From assembly GCF_009914755.1 (NCBI RefSeq), contig NC_060940.1: a stretch of 64,000 bases of DNA. The stretch is one strand, 5' to 3'. A model generated the notes under the pieces. The model did not search any database and had not been told where the DNA came from. It saw only the letters and a list, made by a program, of their open reading frames with translations. Positions 14,206 to 32,807 of the stretch are shown here, piece by piece (position 1 is the first letter of the stretch; the number at the start of each line of letters is the position of its first letter). The stretch comes from the human T2T-CHM13v2.0 reference genome, Homo sapiens. The position numbers were made by a program, and so were the translations under genes.

Positions 14206-15162
14206 CTCGGAAGTCAGTATTTGTCAAATGAATTATCCATCGCCATTCTTTTAATAGTAAATCAAAAATAGGTGGATAGACTAAGGGAGAGAATCTGGTC
14301 CTCAGAGTTTTAGTGGATGAGCAAGCAGAAATTCCTTCCTTAAATAAAGTCATACGATGCACTAACCAGGCTCTATACCTTTCTCTTACTGCAATGGGTG
14401 GCCTGGAGAGGATGAAATGTATGTGTGTGTGTGAGAGAGAGAGAGAGATTTGTGTGTGTGTTTGTGTTATGTGTGTGGTGTCATTATTTTCTTAGACACA
14501 TGATTTGACCTGGGCTGTGGTCAAAGCCTGATAAATAACAAGCTAGGATTAAATGTAATTGTGTGTCCTAAGTACCTTAAGAGGCAAAGCGCTGATGAGG
14601 GAGATGTCACTCTTCTGGCATCCTCTTGCGAGCCAGCCTTTTTCTCCGGAGAATCTGATGATGGTGAGTTCATGGGCAGCACAGAGAACATATTGACCAA
14701 CCAACCATGAGAAATATATCAAGATTTATCATCTCTTGGAGTAAAAAATTGACCCCAATTTAACCTCTATTAATATTTATTTCTCAGGTCAATAAATCTA
14801 GAATTTGTCTTAGTAAAAGTCAATATCAGTTGAATTCTGCCTACACTTCTTAGGGGGCAAAGAAGAAAGGGGAACTGTAATTTGAACATGTTAACAATAA
14901 AATAATAAAGCCACACACAAAATTCCCAGGGTGGGGAGAAACCCACAACACTCCTGCCACTTCTGATTTTAAAACAAATAGACATTCCACCCCAAACATA
15001 AATTGCCTCGATTCCACAATTCACATCTCTGGTGGAATAAGAGGCCAACCACAGGGAAGAGGCATGGAGCCTATAATGCTCAGACACCAGAGACTTTTCA
15101 CCCATCCTCTCACTGCACTCAGTCACTGTTTCCTAATCTTAAAAAGAAAAAAAAAAAAATCC

Positions 15163-15456
<294 letters not shown>

Positions 15457-15641
15457 CTATATATGCCTATCAATGTTGTTTTGTTCATTGTGCTTTTCAC
15501 TCAAGAATTTCATCTCTTTTAGACCAGGTAGTCATCTTTCTTTTGTATGCATTTTACTGACTCTTACTGAAAAAAAGGTAAAATGATGTGACTATATTAT
15601 GTTTTAAGGAAAACATAAATTATTCTTCGTGTTGGACCTCA

Positions 15642-16193
15642 TTTATTTTTATTCATTTATTTATTTTTTCAACGTTTATTTTAGGTTCAAGGGAGTACAT
15701 TCCATGTTGCTGAGGTTTGGTACACAATGATCCTGTCACCCAGGTAGTGAGCATAGTACTTGATAGGCCATTTTTCAGCCCTTGCCCTCCTCCCACTCTC
15801 CCTCTTCAGTAGCCCCTGGTGTCTATTGTGCTCCTCTTTATGTCCATGTCTACTCAATGTTTAGCTTCCACTTGTAAGTGAGAATATGTGGTATTTGGTT
15901 TTCTGCTTCTGCATTAATTTGCTTAGGATAATGGCCTCTAGTTGCATCTGTGATGCTGCAAAAGACATGATTCTATTCCATTTTTATGGCTGTGTAGAAT
16001 TTCATGGTGTATACGTAACACATTTTCTTTATCCAGTTCACTGTTGATGAGCACCTAGGTTTATTCCATGTGTTTGCTGTTGTGAATAGTGCTGTGGTGA
16101 ACATACAAGTGCATATGTCTTTTTGGTAGAATGATTTCTTTTCCTTTGGGTGTGTATCTACTAATGGGATTGCTGGATTGAATGGTAATTCTG
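15642..16193 (-). mobile_element. L1PA15/16-type 3' end (5'-truncated)
   Basis: 'gatcctgtcacccaggtagtgagcatagtac...ccacttgtaagtgagaatatgtggtatttggttttctg...aatgggattgctgga'. Confidence 0.9.
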
Positions 16194-16905
16194 CGAAAAG
16201 ATAAAACTTGAAAATAACTAAGGGCTAATATGTGAAGCCAGCAAATCTTCCTTCCATCCTTTCTTCACACTGCCGTGTGCCCCATGATGCTTTGTGTGGG
16301 AGGGGTATTTAGATGTCAACAACCACATGTTTGATCATTAGCTTTCATATCTCTTGCCAACCTACAAAATCTTCTCTACCTCTCATCCATTACGTGATTC
16401 TCATTATTTTCTTTTTCTCCTGGAGAGTAAACTTTAGCCCTCTTGGGACCGTCCTTCTTCCTATGCCTCACAGCATCCTCTATTACCCATGCTTTGCTAT
16501 CTAATTCCTACCCAGACTATCGACAAGAAACACCATGAAACTCAAACGATGCAATAGTTGAAAAAACATATTGTAAATGTAAGACATCAGACACCTATGA
16601 GGGCTTTTAATATTTTTAATTCTCCTGGGTTAATCAACATATTTCAGGACTGGCGTCAAATAGAGTGGTGTACAGCAGGCACTAAAGGTTGGGTTTTCAT
16701 GACTTCACTACATACTTGAATCAGGTAGCAGATAAATGGAATAGGGAGTGTGTGCTTCTCTTACCACACTTTCTGAATTAGCCACGTCATCTCTTCCATT
16801 ATTGCATTTTTTTATCAATGTTCTTTATTTCCTTCAGAGAACTTATGATGGCATTCTATTGTTTTAGTTGTTTGTTTACCTATTTATTATTATATGAAAA
16901 TGCAA

Positions 16906-17026
16906 GTTTAGAGGTTTGGTCTTGCTATGTTACCCAGGCTGAACTTGTACTCTTGGGCTCAAGTGATTCTTCTGCCTCAGCCTCCAGAGTAGCTGGGAGT
17001 ACAGGTGCATGCCACCACACCTGGCT
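16906..17026 (-). mobile_element. FLAM (free Alu monomer)
   Basis: Single monomer 'gtcttgctatgttacccaggctg...gggctcaagtgattcttctgcctcagcctcc...ccaccacacctggct'. Confidence 0.85.
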
Positions 17027-17121
17027 CATGTGTTACATTTTCTGCTCAGTAAATATTTATTGAAAGAATGAATAAAAAAAGAGTGAATAAATGAATATAT
17101 GAATAAATATTTTAAAAATAA

Positions 17122-17523
17122 AGTAATAGATTGAATTAATAGCTCCAATTCTTCATTTTATCCTCTCTACATGCCCTTTGCTGTGTGACTTTGAGGTTCC
17201 TCCACAAAAGGGGAGAGGTATATTTTGCAACCCTTGGCTCTTGGCTTGGCCACGTGACTTACTTTGATCAGTAGCATGAGACAGAAGTGATGATGTGCCA
17301 GGTTGAAGCCCAGACCTCAAGAGGCCCCATTGTTTCTGCTTGATCCCTTTCACTTCTACTAATGCCATGAGAAGGGCGTGCCTTTGCTCTCAGGAGAGGA
17401 TGAGAGACTTGTGGTGCAGAGCCGCCTACAACCCATTAGTCTAGATCAGCTGACTCCCAGGCATTCGTGGCTGTTTTAGGCCACTGCGGCATGGGGTTAT
17501 TACATAGCAATACTGCTGATATA
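17122..17523 (+). mobile_element. MLT1H-type LTR
   Basis: 'ggcttggccacgtgacttactttg...gcccagacctcaagaggcc...gccatgagaag...tgttttaggccactg'. Confidence 0.75.
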
Positions 17524-18594
17524 ATAAATAAGACAATTAACAATGGTAATCATGCTTATATTAACTTAAACCACCTGTATCTAGGTAATGAGCTTGGTTC
17601 CTGGAATGCAGATCAAACACTTCTAGAATTGTGATTTTTGGATATGGGGCTTTCAAGATCACTTCATGAAGGCACAGAATTAGGAAATTCCAGAGGCAAG
17701 CATAGAGTCCTTATCGCAGCTCTTCTCTCTTTCCTCCTCCCACCGCTTCCCTACACACATATAGTTGCCTTAGGAATGAATATTATGCTAGCTGGATCCA
17801 GAGCTGAGATTTCTGATGGGACCTTGCATTATATATAGCAGAAACCGGAATCTTTCCAATCACTCGACTGAAGGAAAACAAATTGTGCTTTGTTATTTGC
17901 ATTTGTTTTTGCATTCCCACCATTTATGAGATTGAGCAAAGCTAATCTGACAAACATTTATTCATCTTCTGTAATGAAATTGTAAAGAATGGTGTGAATT
18001 TCTTTCTGCAGGCCTCTCAGAACATCATTTTCTAAATGTGTGTGTGTGTGTGTTTTTTAATCACCTAAAATGTTTATCTGCCCTGAAGTTTTAAGACTGA
18101 AAACTTGGCATTCCAAATCATCATGAAGAAAACCATAATAAATTTACTATTAATTGGAGAGTCAGGAAAGTAGATTATAGAAATACCCAATCTTTTTTAT
18201 CAACCTTTTATATTATAACTACCCATTTTTCTTATTATCTGGCATCCAACATTTGGTTTTTGGGCACAAACAATGTTAGCACTTATGCATTTAATTTACT
18301 TTCTGGAATCTCCTTTTTGTTTGGTTCTTAGAGCATTTTTAAGAAATATCTCTGGCTTCCATCTAAACTGATAATGCTTTAAAACTTTATAACATTTTAA
18401 TTTAACTAATGTTGCTATGACAATAGTGATGTTTCTAAAATGATTTTCTGAGTTCAAGAGGTAAAACAGTAAGCATGAAGTCACTTCATGACTGAGAAGT
18501 TAGAGAAAAACCCAGACTGATAGTGCCATATGAAACTTTTCTCAGAAAGTGATGTGCATGTAGGGAAAGAGGTTGGAAGGCTTGAAAAACGGGC

Positions 18595-18732
18595 CCCGAG
18601 GCCCTCACCAGAAGCAGATTCCCAATCTTTAACTTTCTTTTTTGGATCAAAATCATGATCCAAAAATAAACCTTTTTTCTTTATAAATTACTCAGCCTTG
18701 GGTATTCTAACAACACAAAATGAACCAAGACA
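18595..18732 (+). mobile_element. MSTB-type LTR 3' fragment
   Basis: 'gaggccctcaccagaagcagat...aataaacc...tttataaattactcagcc...aagaca'. Confidence 0.75.
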
Positions 18733-19153
18733 GTTACTAAATTTTATTTTCCAACTTTAACATGCTGTGCATATTCAGAAAGAGCTTTGCAGGCAGCTTT
18801 ATCCAAAGTCCCAAGCTTGGCTTCTATTGCCTCATCATAAGTCACATGCTCATCCCTGAATGAAACCATATGGCCAAGAGGATGAGTTCCTCTGATTGGC
18901 CAGTCTCCCATTTCTTGTTGTTTCCTAGAGGCCGGAGAAGATCAGCCCCAACTGAATTATATATAGAAAGGGGACGGGTAGTTCCCCAAAGAGAGATTGC
19001 TATTATTATCAGAATTAAGCAAACAAAAACTCTTGCTAATAATGTTTTTTCTATTATCTGGGTCTAAAGAAAAAAAAAAGCACTATAGCACTATTTGGGT
19101 AGTATTGGCTCTCACAATAGACTTAGTTATTTCTGTATGTCCTCATTCCTCCA

Positions 19154-19511
19154 TGCTATGATTTTAATGTTTGTGTCCCCCCATTATTAATATGTTAAAT
19201 CCTTACCCTCAAAGTGATGATATTCAGAGGTGTTGCCTTTGGGAGGTAATTAGGTCATGAAGGTGTCACCTTCATAAATGGAATTTATGCTCTTACAAAA
19301 GAGACCTGACAGGGATCTCCTGTTACTTCCACTATGTGAAGATGTCACCAGATGGCACTGTCTTTAAGCCAGAAAGTGGGCCCTTACCTGACACCAAATC
19401 TGCTTTGCTCTTGGACTTCCCAGCCTCCACAACTGTGAGAAATAAATTTCTGTAATTTATAAACCATCTAGTTTATGTTATTTTGTTATGGCAACTTAAG
19501 GGACTGATACA
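19154..19511 (+). mobile_element. MLT1A-type solo LTR
   Basis: TG...CA ends, 'tcttggacttcccagcctccacaactgtgagaaataaatttctg'; 5-bp TSD ctcca / ttcca. Confidence 0.88.
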
Positions 19512-19516
19512 TTCCA

Positions 19517-19925
19517 TAGTAGATTAGTGTAACTACGGCCTTATTTTGTCCTTATAGTGGAAAGAGTACCCTTACCTGCTTCTTACTTTGAGTTTGGCCA
19601 TGGGATTTACTTTGGCCAATGGAACATTGGTAGATATGACAAGCATAGAAGTTTGACATGTGTCAGTATGTTTGGCTTGTGGTCTTAACTCCTGCCACCA
19701 CCATGAGAAGAGCGTGTCTCAGGTACCTGCCAACTTCGGGAGAGTAGAGAAATGGAGAACATACCTGAATCTAATTTGCCGCCCCGGACCAGGCCCAGCT
19801 AGGTTCAGACAAGATCAGCTCAACTCCAATCAAACTACAGATGGATGAATGAGAAATAAAGCTTATTATTAAGTGCCATTGAGACTTTATGGCTCTTTGT
19901 TACATCGTAATAGCCAACAAAGATG
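19517..19925 (+). mobile_element. MLT1H/I-type LTR
   Basis: 'tttggccatgggatttactttggccaatggaa...ccatgagaagagc...gagaaataaagcttatt'. Confidence 0.75.
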
Positions 19926-20484
19926 CCTTCTCACTCACATCTAGCCATGTAGAGGAATGAGGAATTGGAACATACTAGATTGTTTCTGTCTGCTAGTGGC
20001 ATTTACTGGAAAACCATCCATCTTCCTTCTCCTTTGTCAGTCTGGACACCATCCACGAAGTGAGTAAAACTGATTTCTAATTTGGTTGAGTAATTTCTCA
20101 CCATTATTCCCCCAAATTAGATTTTACTTCATTGTCTCCTTTTCTATAAACTTCCCCCAGACTCTAAGAGTTTATAATTTGTGTTCTGAAGTATTTGACG
20201 TTGAACACGATGCTATAAATAATCCACCGCTCTGAGCATGTTCAATAAGACTTACAACACTATTATTATGACTACACTTAGGCATTTACAAATTTGCCTT
20301 GAAATAGAGATTTATCAGGGGTTTCAGCTGCTCAGTGATGGAACAATATTAATGTCTTCACAAGGACAAATGAGTTAATCCAATCTTTCTATATGCTTGG
20401 AGACTGGCGATCTCAGTTTGGACAGCTGGGTTTCTAGATACAGTAACTTCTCTGTTACATGGAAAGGCTGGGGGATGGGCTGTT

Positions 20485-20491
<7 letters not shown>

Positions 20492-20520
<29 letters not shown>
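20492..20520. repeat. (TG)14 microsatellite
   Basis: Direct reading. Confidence 0.95.
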
Positions 20521-20523
<3 letters not shown>

Positions 20524-20823
20524 TATGTTATAATTGTTATACAGGGCTTGAGGTTGCAGAGAAAAAAGCCACTGAGATAGGCTTTCCATTTAGTCTGAGG
20601 TGCAGATATTCGAAGAATATCTGCAGGAAAAGGGGCAGAAGTGTGGACCCTAAAGGAACATCATCAGCTCCGCAGTCTTGTCCACACAAAGCCGTATTTT
20701 CCTCAGTGAACTCGTTAGGGAAGGCACCCTAGTAGTTGGAGAGTGGACTTTGGAGTCAACCTCATCTGGGTTTGAATCCCAGCTCCAAGCTTAGAGGGCT
20801 TGAGCATTTACAAAAATTATGTA

Positions 20824-21147
20824 GGCTGGATGCAGTGGCTGGTGCCTGTAATCCCAGCATTTTGGAAACTGAAGTGGGACGATTGCTTGAGACCAAGAAG
20901 TTCAAGATCAGCCTGGGCAACATAGCAAGACCCTATCTCTATAAAACTTAAAAAAAAAATCATCCAGGTGAGTTGGTGCATGCCTGTAGTCCTACCTACT
21001 GGGAGGCTGATGCAAGAAGTTTGCTGGAGGTGAGAGGTTGGAAGCTGCAGTGACCTATGATTATGCCAATGCACACCAACCTGGGTGACACAGTGGGACA
21101 CCATTTCTAAACTAAATAAAGAAAAATAAAGAAATAAAAAATAAAAA
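20824..21147 (+). mobile_element. AluJ
   Basis: Diverged dimer with 'gattgcttgagaccaagaagttcaag' and 'gcaagaccctatctcta', A-rich tail. Confidence 0.92.
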
Positions 21148-21174
21148 AATTATTTGCACATTTATTTTATCCAC

Positions 21175-21436
21175 TGGTTCACTTACGGTTTTGGGTCACA
21201 TTCCATAAAAGTGGAGACTGAGAGAAGAATTAAAAAGTCCTTTTTTAATTGAGGGAGGGACTGCTCTTAGGAGAAACCTGAGAGGGAGAGAAGAACACCA
21301 GATAGGGGAGAGGCAAGAGCTGAGCAAGGATGTGCCAGGTAAGGTCTAAATTTGGCCTGATCAGTGTGGGATGCTGGAGCATGTGTCCCAACACAGGCAT
21401 CCTTGCATTGTGGCAGCAAAGTGCCAGCCCTTTCTA
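21175..21436 (-). mobile_element. LTR33-like ERVL LTR, first part (resumes at about 23165-23330)
   Basis: 'ggagactgagagaagaatt...aagagctgagcaaggatgtg'; second part 'ggcaattctccaaggaaggggtgcagctgtgagcc...cactcacagcagctg'. Confidence 0.55.
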
Positions 21437-21442
21437 AAAGTT

Positions 21443-22222
<780 letters not shown>

Positions 22223-22224
22223 GC

Positions 22225-23162
<938 letters not shown>

Positions 23163-23334
23163 AAACAAGCTTTTTGTACTCATATCAACAGTCATTAGCT
23201 ACAGACTTCATTAGGGCATTTATTCTTCCATTGAGGTGACCTTTATCAGCCAAAGGCAATTCTCCAAGGAAGGGGTGCAGCTGTGAGCCATGATCAGGCC
23301 ACACTCACAGCAGCTGATAAATGGGTCTGCCACA

Positions 23335-24290
<956 letters not shown>

Positions 24291-24944
24291 ATTATATTTG
24301 AAAGAGCACATGTGTCATATACAGATTTTTGTGTTCTCTCTGGGATCAGGGCAGTGCATTCTCTCATTGTGGCACATGCTGACTCTCCCTCATGGTGGTT
24401 TGTTTCTTCATCAGTTTGTAGGCATTTTCATCATGAGGTCACCTTCAGCAGGGGTTATTATCCATGAGAATCCTAAATGCCTTAGATTGTGGAAGTGTTC
24501 CTTCCAATACTGTTTTGGAAGCTTGAAGTCTCTGCATTGTATGGGTAGGAATTTGAGAGGGACACAATAAATAAGAACCGTCTTTCCTACCTGAGTTCAG
24601 AACCAATTGACAAAAGCAGAGAAGTCACACAAATCAAGATTGGCTTCATTGCTGTGAAAGTTGAACTGGAATAGCATGGCTTAGAAGCATGAACCAGGAG
24701 CAAGAAGCTCCCTAGTACTGCACCTGAAAATTAGGCTCACCCACCTAGTCACAGATGATAGCTAAAAACTGCTGACTCTCACTCTCCCTGTATTGACGAG
24801 ATCTTTGCTGATAAGCTGCAGGGCCAGGAGCAGGCAAATTATTCTCAACAAGAAAAGATGAAGAGCAAAGGGCTGTAATTGAAGTGCAAAGTGTTCTGGG
24901 AAACTTAGAAAGTATTTCTAAGAGGAAATTAGAGAGTATTTCTT

Positions 24945-25235
24945 TTTCTTTTTGAGACAGGTTCTCACTCTGTAGCCCAGGCTAGCATGCAGTGGCACCA
25001 ACACCACTCATTGCAGCCTTGACTTCCCCGGGCTCAGGTGATCCTCCCACATCAGCCTCCCGAGTAGCTGGGACTACAGGCATGTGCTACCAAACCCAGT
25101 TAATTTTTGTATTTTTTGCAGAGACAGGGTTTTGCCGTGCTACCCAGGCTGGTCTCAAACTCTTGGGATCAAGCAATCTACCCACCTCGGCCTCCCAAAG
25201 TGCTGAGATTACAGGTGTGAACCACCATGCTGGCC
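24945..25235 (-). mobile_element. AluJb-like
   Basis: J diagnostics; TSD tagagagtatttctt (24930-24944) / tagagagcatttctt (25236-25250). Confidence 0.93.
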
Positions 25236-25519
25236 TAGAGAGCATTTCTTGAAGGAAGTGAGATTTGAACTGGGCCTTGAGTGATACGTTATTTGTTTAT
25301 TTAAAACATATTAATGGGTTATTTACTCTGTGGTAGGCTACACTAGCTATGATGCCTGTGAATTGACAGAGAGAGAGATGATAGTGTCCTATGCTGGGAT
25401 TATAGATTAAGCAACAGTACAGAGGCATTTCTGATGTAGATACCAGAAAAAGTAGCAGCAAATTACCTGATATGCTTGTCAGTAGCAGGTACAGAAGATG
25501 CCTCATCCGTACGACCTTG

Positions 25520-25880
25520 ACACTTACCATTCCTACTAAAGATGTCTTTCTGGTAGTATGCCTCTAGAAATGGGAGCAGCTGAGCCAGAGTCCAGGGCAG
25601 ACTGGAATTGCTGGGCAGTTACCATCCATGGGAGCATCCCTCAGCCACCGATGAATGGGAGTTGGTGCATACCCCAGCTTCCCTACTTCTTGGGTAGGCC
25701 AACTCTGAAACATGTTTTCCCATATGGACACTGACTCCTGCTTGTCTACCGTGGAAACCTCCTCATCTATGCCCCAAGGATTGGCCTTTTCATTCACTTT
25801 CCTCTACTGGTGTCTCCTGAGATCACCTCTCAAATCAAATACTACACTCACACCTTCATCTTCAAGATCTTCTGGATATG
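25520..25880 (+). mobile_element. LTR16-type ERVL LTR
   Basis: 'ggagcatccctcagccac...gggagttggtgcataccccagcttccc...ggtgtctcctgagatcacctctcaaatcaaactac'. Confidence 0.65.
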
Positions 25881-26147
25881 TATCCTTTTTAAAGTAGAAG
25901 TTCATATTTCTATTATTTAGATAATAACACATGAGTTAATTATGTACAAACATAAATAGGAAGTTAAAAAGATATTTCAAATGCATATTCATTAGATCAT
26001 TCATCCATCAAATGCCATTGACAATTATGGTTGAGAAACGTTGGACATTATTTTAAGGAACAATAAATAACATTGAACTCTGCATGTAGGAAGTGCTCAA
26101 TGAATACGACTTCCATATGAGTAGGATTCTTGCTAAACTCGGCTTGT

Positions 26148-26456
26148 CTTTTTCCTTTTTTTTTTTTTTTTCTGAGATGGAGTTTTGGTCTTGTTGCCCA
26201 GGATGGAGTGCAATGGCATGATCTCGGCTCACTGCAACCCCTGCCTCCTGGGGTGCAAGTAATTCTCCTGCCTCAGCCTCCTGAGTAACTGGGATTACAG
26301 GCATGCACCACCATGCCCAGCTAATTTTGTGTTTTTAGTAGAGATGGGGTTTCTACATGTTGGTCAGGCTTGTCTCAAACTCCTTACCTCAGGTGATCCG
26401 CCCACCTTGGCCTCCCAAAGTGCTGAGATTACAAGTGTGAGCCACCGCACCCAGCC
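26148..26456 (-). mobile_element. AluSp-like
   Basis: 'tcttgttgccc', 'gtgcaatgg', 'ctaattttgt', 'catgttggtcagg' diagnostics. Confidence 0.93.
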
Positions 26457-26495
26457 TTCTTTTCCCTTTTTAAAAACAGATTTGGGAGTTGCGTG

Positions 26496-26506
26496 CAAGA
26501 TGGCCG
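26496..26506 (+). promoter_or_regulatory. YY1 site of the L1 internal promoter
   Basis: CAAGATGGCCG intact near the L1 5' end. Confidence 0.75.
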
Positions 26507-27672
26507 AATAGGAACAGCTCTAGTCTGCAGCTCCCAGTGAGATCAACGCAGAAGGTGGGCAATATCTGCATTTCCAACTGAGGTACCTGGCTTATCTCAC
26601 TGGGACTGGATAGACAGTGGGTGCAGCCTATGGAGAGAGAGCAGATGCAGGGTGGGGCATTGCCTCACCTACACCACCAGGGCCCTGGGTTTCAAGCACA
26701 AAACTGGGTGGCCGTTTGGGCAGACACCGAGCTAGCTGCAGTTTTTTTTTTTATATACCCCAGTGGTGCCTGGAATGCCAGCGAGACAGGACCATTCACT
26801 CCCTGGGAAAGGGGGCTGAAGCCAGGGAAACAAGTGGTCTAGCTCAGCGGATCCCACCCCTACAGAGCCCAGCAAGGCCCTGGCTGGAAATTCTTGCTGC
26901 CAGCACAGCAGTCTGAAGTTGACCTGGGATGCTCAAGCTTTGTGGGGGAAGGGCATCTGCCATTACTGAGGCTTGAGTAGGCAGGTTTCCCCTCACAGTG
27001 TAAACGAAGCCTCTGGGAAGTTTGGACTGGACGGAGTCCACCACAGCTTGGCAAAGCTGCTGTAGCCAGACTGCCTCTCTAGATTCCTCCTCTCTGGGCA
27101 GGGCATCTCTGAAAAAAAGGCAGTAGCCCCAGTCGGGGGCTTATAGATAAAACTCCTGTCTCCCTGGGACAGAACACCTGGGAGAAGGGGCGGCTTGTGG
27201 GTGCAGCTTCAGCAGACTTAAACGTTCCTGCCAGCCAGCTCTGAAGAGAGCAGTGGATCTCCTAGCACAGTGCCTGAGCTCTGCTAAGGGACAGACTGCC
27301 TCCTCAAGTGGGTCCCTGACCTCCATGCCTCCTGACTGGGAGACACCTCCCAGCAGGGGCTGACAGACACCTCACACAGGAGAGCTCCAGCTGGCATCTG
27401 GCAGGTGCCCCTCTGGGACGAAGCTTCCAGAGGAAGGAACAGGCAGCAATCTTTGCTGTTCTGCAGCCTCTGCTGGTGATACCCAGGCAAACAGAGTCTG
27501 GAGTGGACTTCCAGCACACTCCAGCAGACCTGCAGAAGAGAGGCCTGACTGTTAGAAGGAAAACTAACAAACAGAAAGGAATAGCATCAACATCAACAAA
27601 AAGGATGCCCACACAGAAACCCCATCCGAAGGTCACCAACATCAAAGACCAAAGGTAGGTAAATCCACGAAG

Positions 27673-28697
27673 ATGAGGAAAAACCAGTGCAAAAAAGCTG
27701 AAAATTCCAAAAACCAGAATGTGTCTTCTCCTCCAAAGGGCCACAACTCCTTGCCAGCAAGGGAAGAAAACCAGATAGAGAATGAGTTAGATGAATTGAC
27801 AGAAGTAGGCTTCAGAAGGTGGGTAATAACAAACTCCTCCGAGCTAAAGGAGCGTGTTCTAACCCAATGCAAGGAAGCTAAGAACTTTGAAAAAAGGTTA
27901 GAGGAATTGCTAACTAGAATAACCAGTTTAGAGAAGAACATAAATGACCTGAAGGAGCTGAAAAACACAGCACAAGAACTTTGTGAAGCATACACAAGTA
28001 TCAATAGCCAAACCAATCAAGTGGAAGAAAGGATATCAGAGATTGAAGATCAATTTAATGAGATAAATCATGAAGACAAGATTAGAGCAAAAAGAATGAA
28101 AAGGAATGAACAAGGCCTCCAGGAAACATGGGACTATGTGAAAAGACCAAACCTACATTTGATTGGTGTACCTGAAAGTGATGGGGAGAATGGAACCAAG
28201 TTGGAAGACACTCTTCAGGATATTATCCAGGAGAACTTCCCCAACCTAGCAAGACAGGCCAATGTTCAAATTCAGGAAATATGAAGAACACCACAAAGAT
28301 ACTCCTCAAGAAAAGCAACCCCAAGACACATAATCATCAGATTCACCAAGGTTGAAATGAAGGAAAAAGTGTTAAAGTTAGCCAGAGAGAAAGGGCAGGT
28401 TACCCACAAAGAGAAGCCCATCAGACTAAGAGCAGATCTCTCTGCAGAAACTCAACAAGCCAGAAGAGAGTGGGGGCCAATATTCAACATTCTTAAAGAA
28501 AGATTTTTCAACCCAGAATTTCATATCCAGCCAAACTAAGCTTCATAAGTGAAGGAGAAATAAAATCCTTTACAGACAAGCAAATGCTGAAAGATTTTGT
28601 CAACACCAGGCCTGCATTACAAGAGTTCCTGAAGGAAGCACTAAATATGGAAAGGAAAAACCAGTATCAGCCACTGCAAAAACATACCAAATTGTAA
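27673..28697 (+). pseudogene. L1 ORF1p (RNA-binding chaperone), disrupted
   Basis: 203-aa open portion with coiled coil and 'WDYVKRPNLHLIGVPE'; premature TGA at 28282 and a later frameshift; natural stop at about 28697. Confidence 0.93.
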
Positions 28698-28760
28698 AGA
28701 CTATCAACACTATGAAGAAACTGCATCAACTAATGGGCAAAATAACTAGCTAGCATTGTA

Positions 28761-32570
<3,810 letters not shown>

Positions 32571-32624
32571 ACAATGAGAACACATGGACACTGGGAGGGG
32601 AACATAATACACTGGGGCCTGTCA

Positions 32625-32647
32625 GGGAGTTGGGGGCTAGGGGAGGG
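32625..32647 (+). other. G-quadruplex motif in L1 3'UTR
   Basis: GGG-agtt-GGGGG-cta-GGGG-a-GGG. Confidence 0.7.
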
Positions 32648-32764
32648 ATAGCATTAGGAGAAATACCTAATGTAGATGACGGGTTGATATGTGCAGCAAA
32701 CCACCATGGCACGTGTATACCTATGTAACAAACCTGCACGTTCTGCACGTGTATCCCAGAACTT

Positions 32765-32770
<6 letters not shown>

Positions 32771-32806
<36 letters not shown>
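32771..32806. repeat. (TAA)12 microsatellite derived from the L1 tail
   Basis: Direct reading. Confidence 0.95.

Positions 32807-32807
<1 letters not shown>

Noticed and set aside
17888-17902. SOX site adjacent to octamer (ctttgtt-atttgcat)
   Set aside because: The octamer orientation is opposite to the canonical SOX2-OCT4 composite.
27304-27744. 146-aa antisense ORF
   Set aside because: Lies entirely within the L1 5'UTR/ORF1 start; a generic L1 antisense reading frame.
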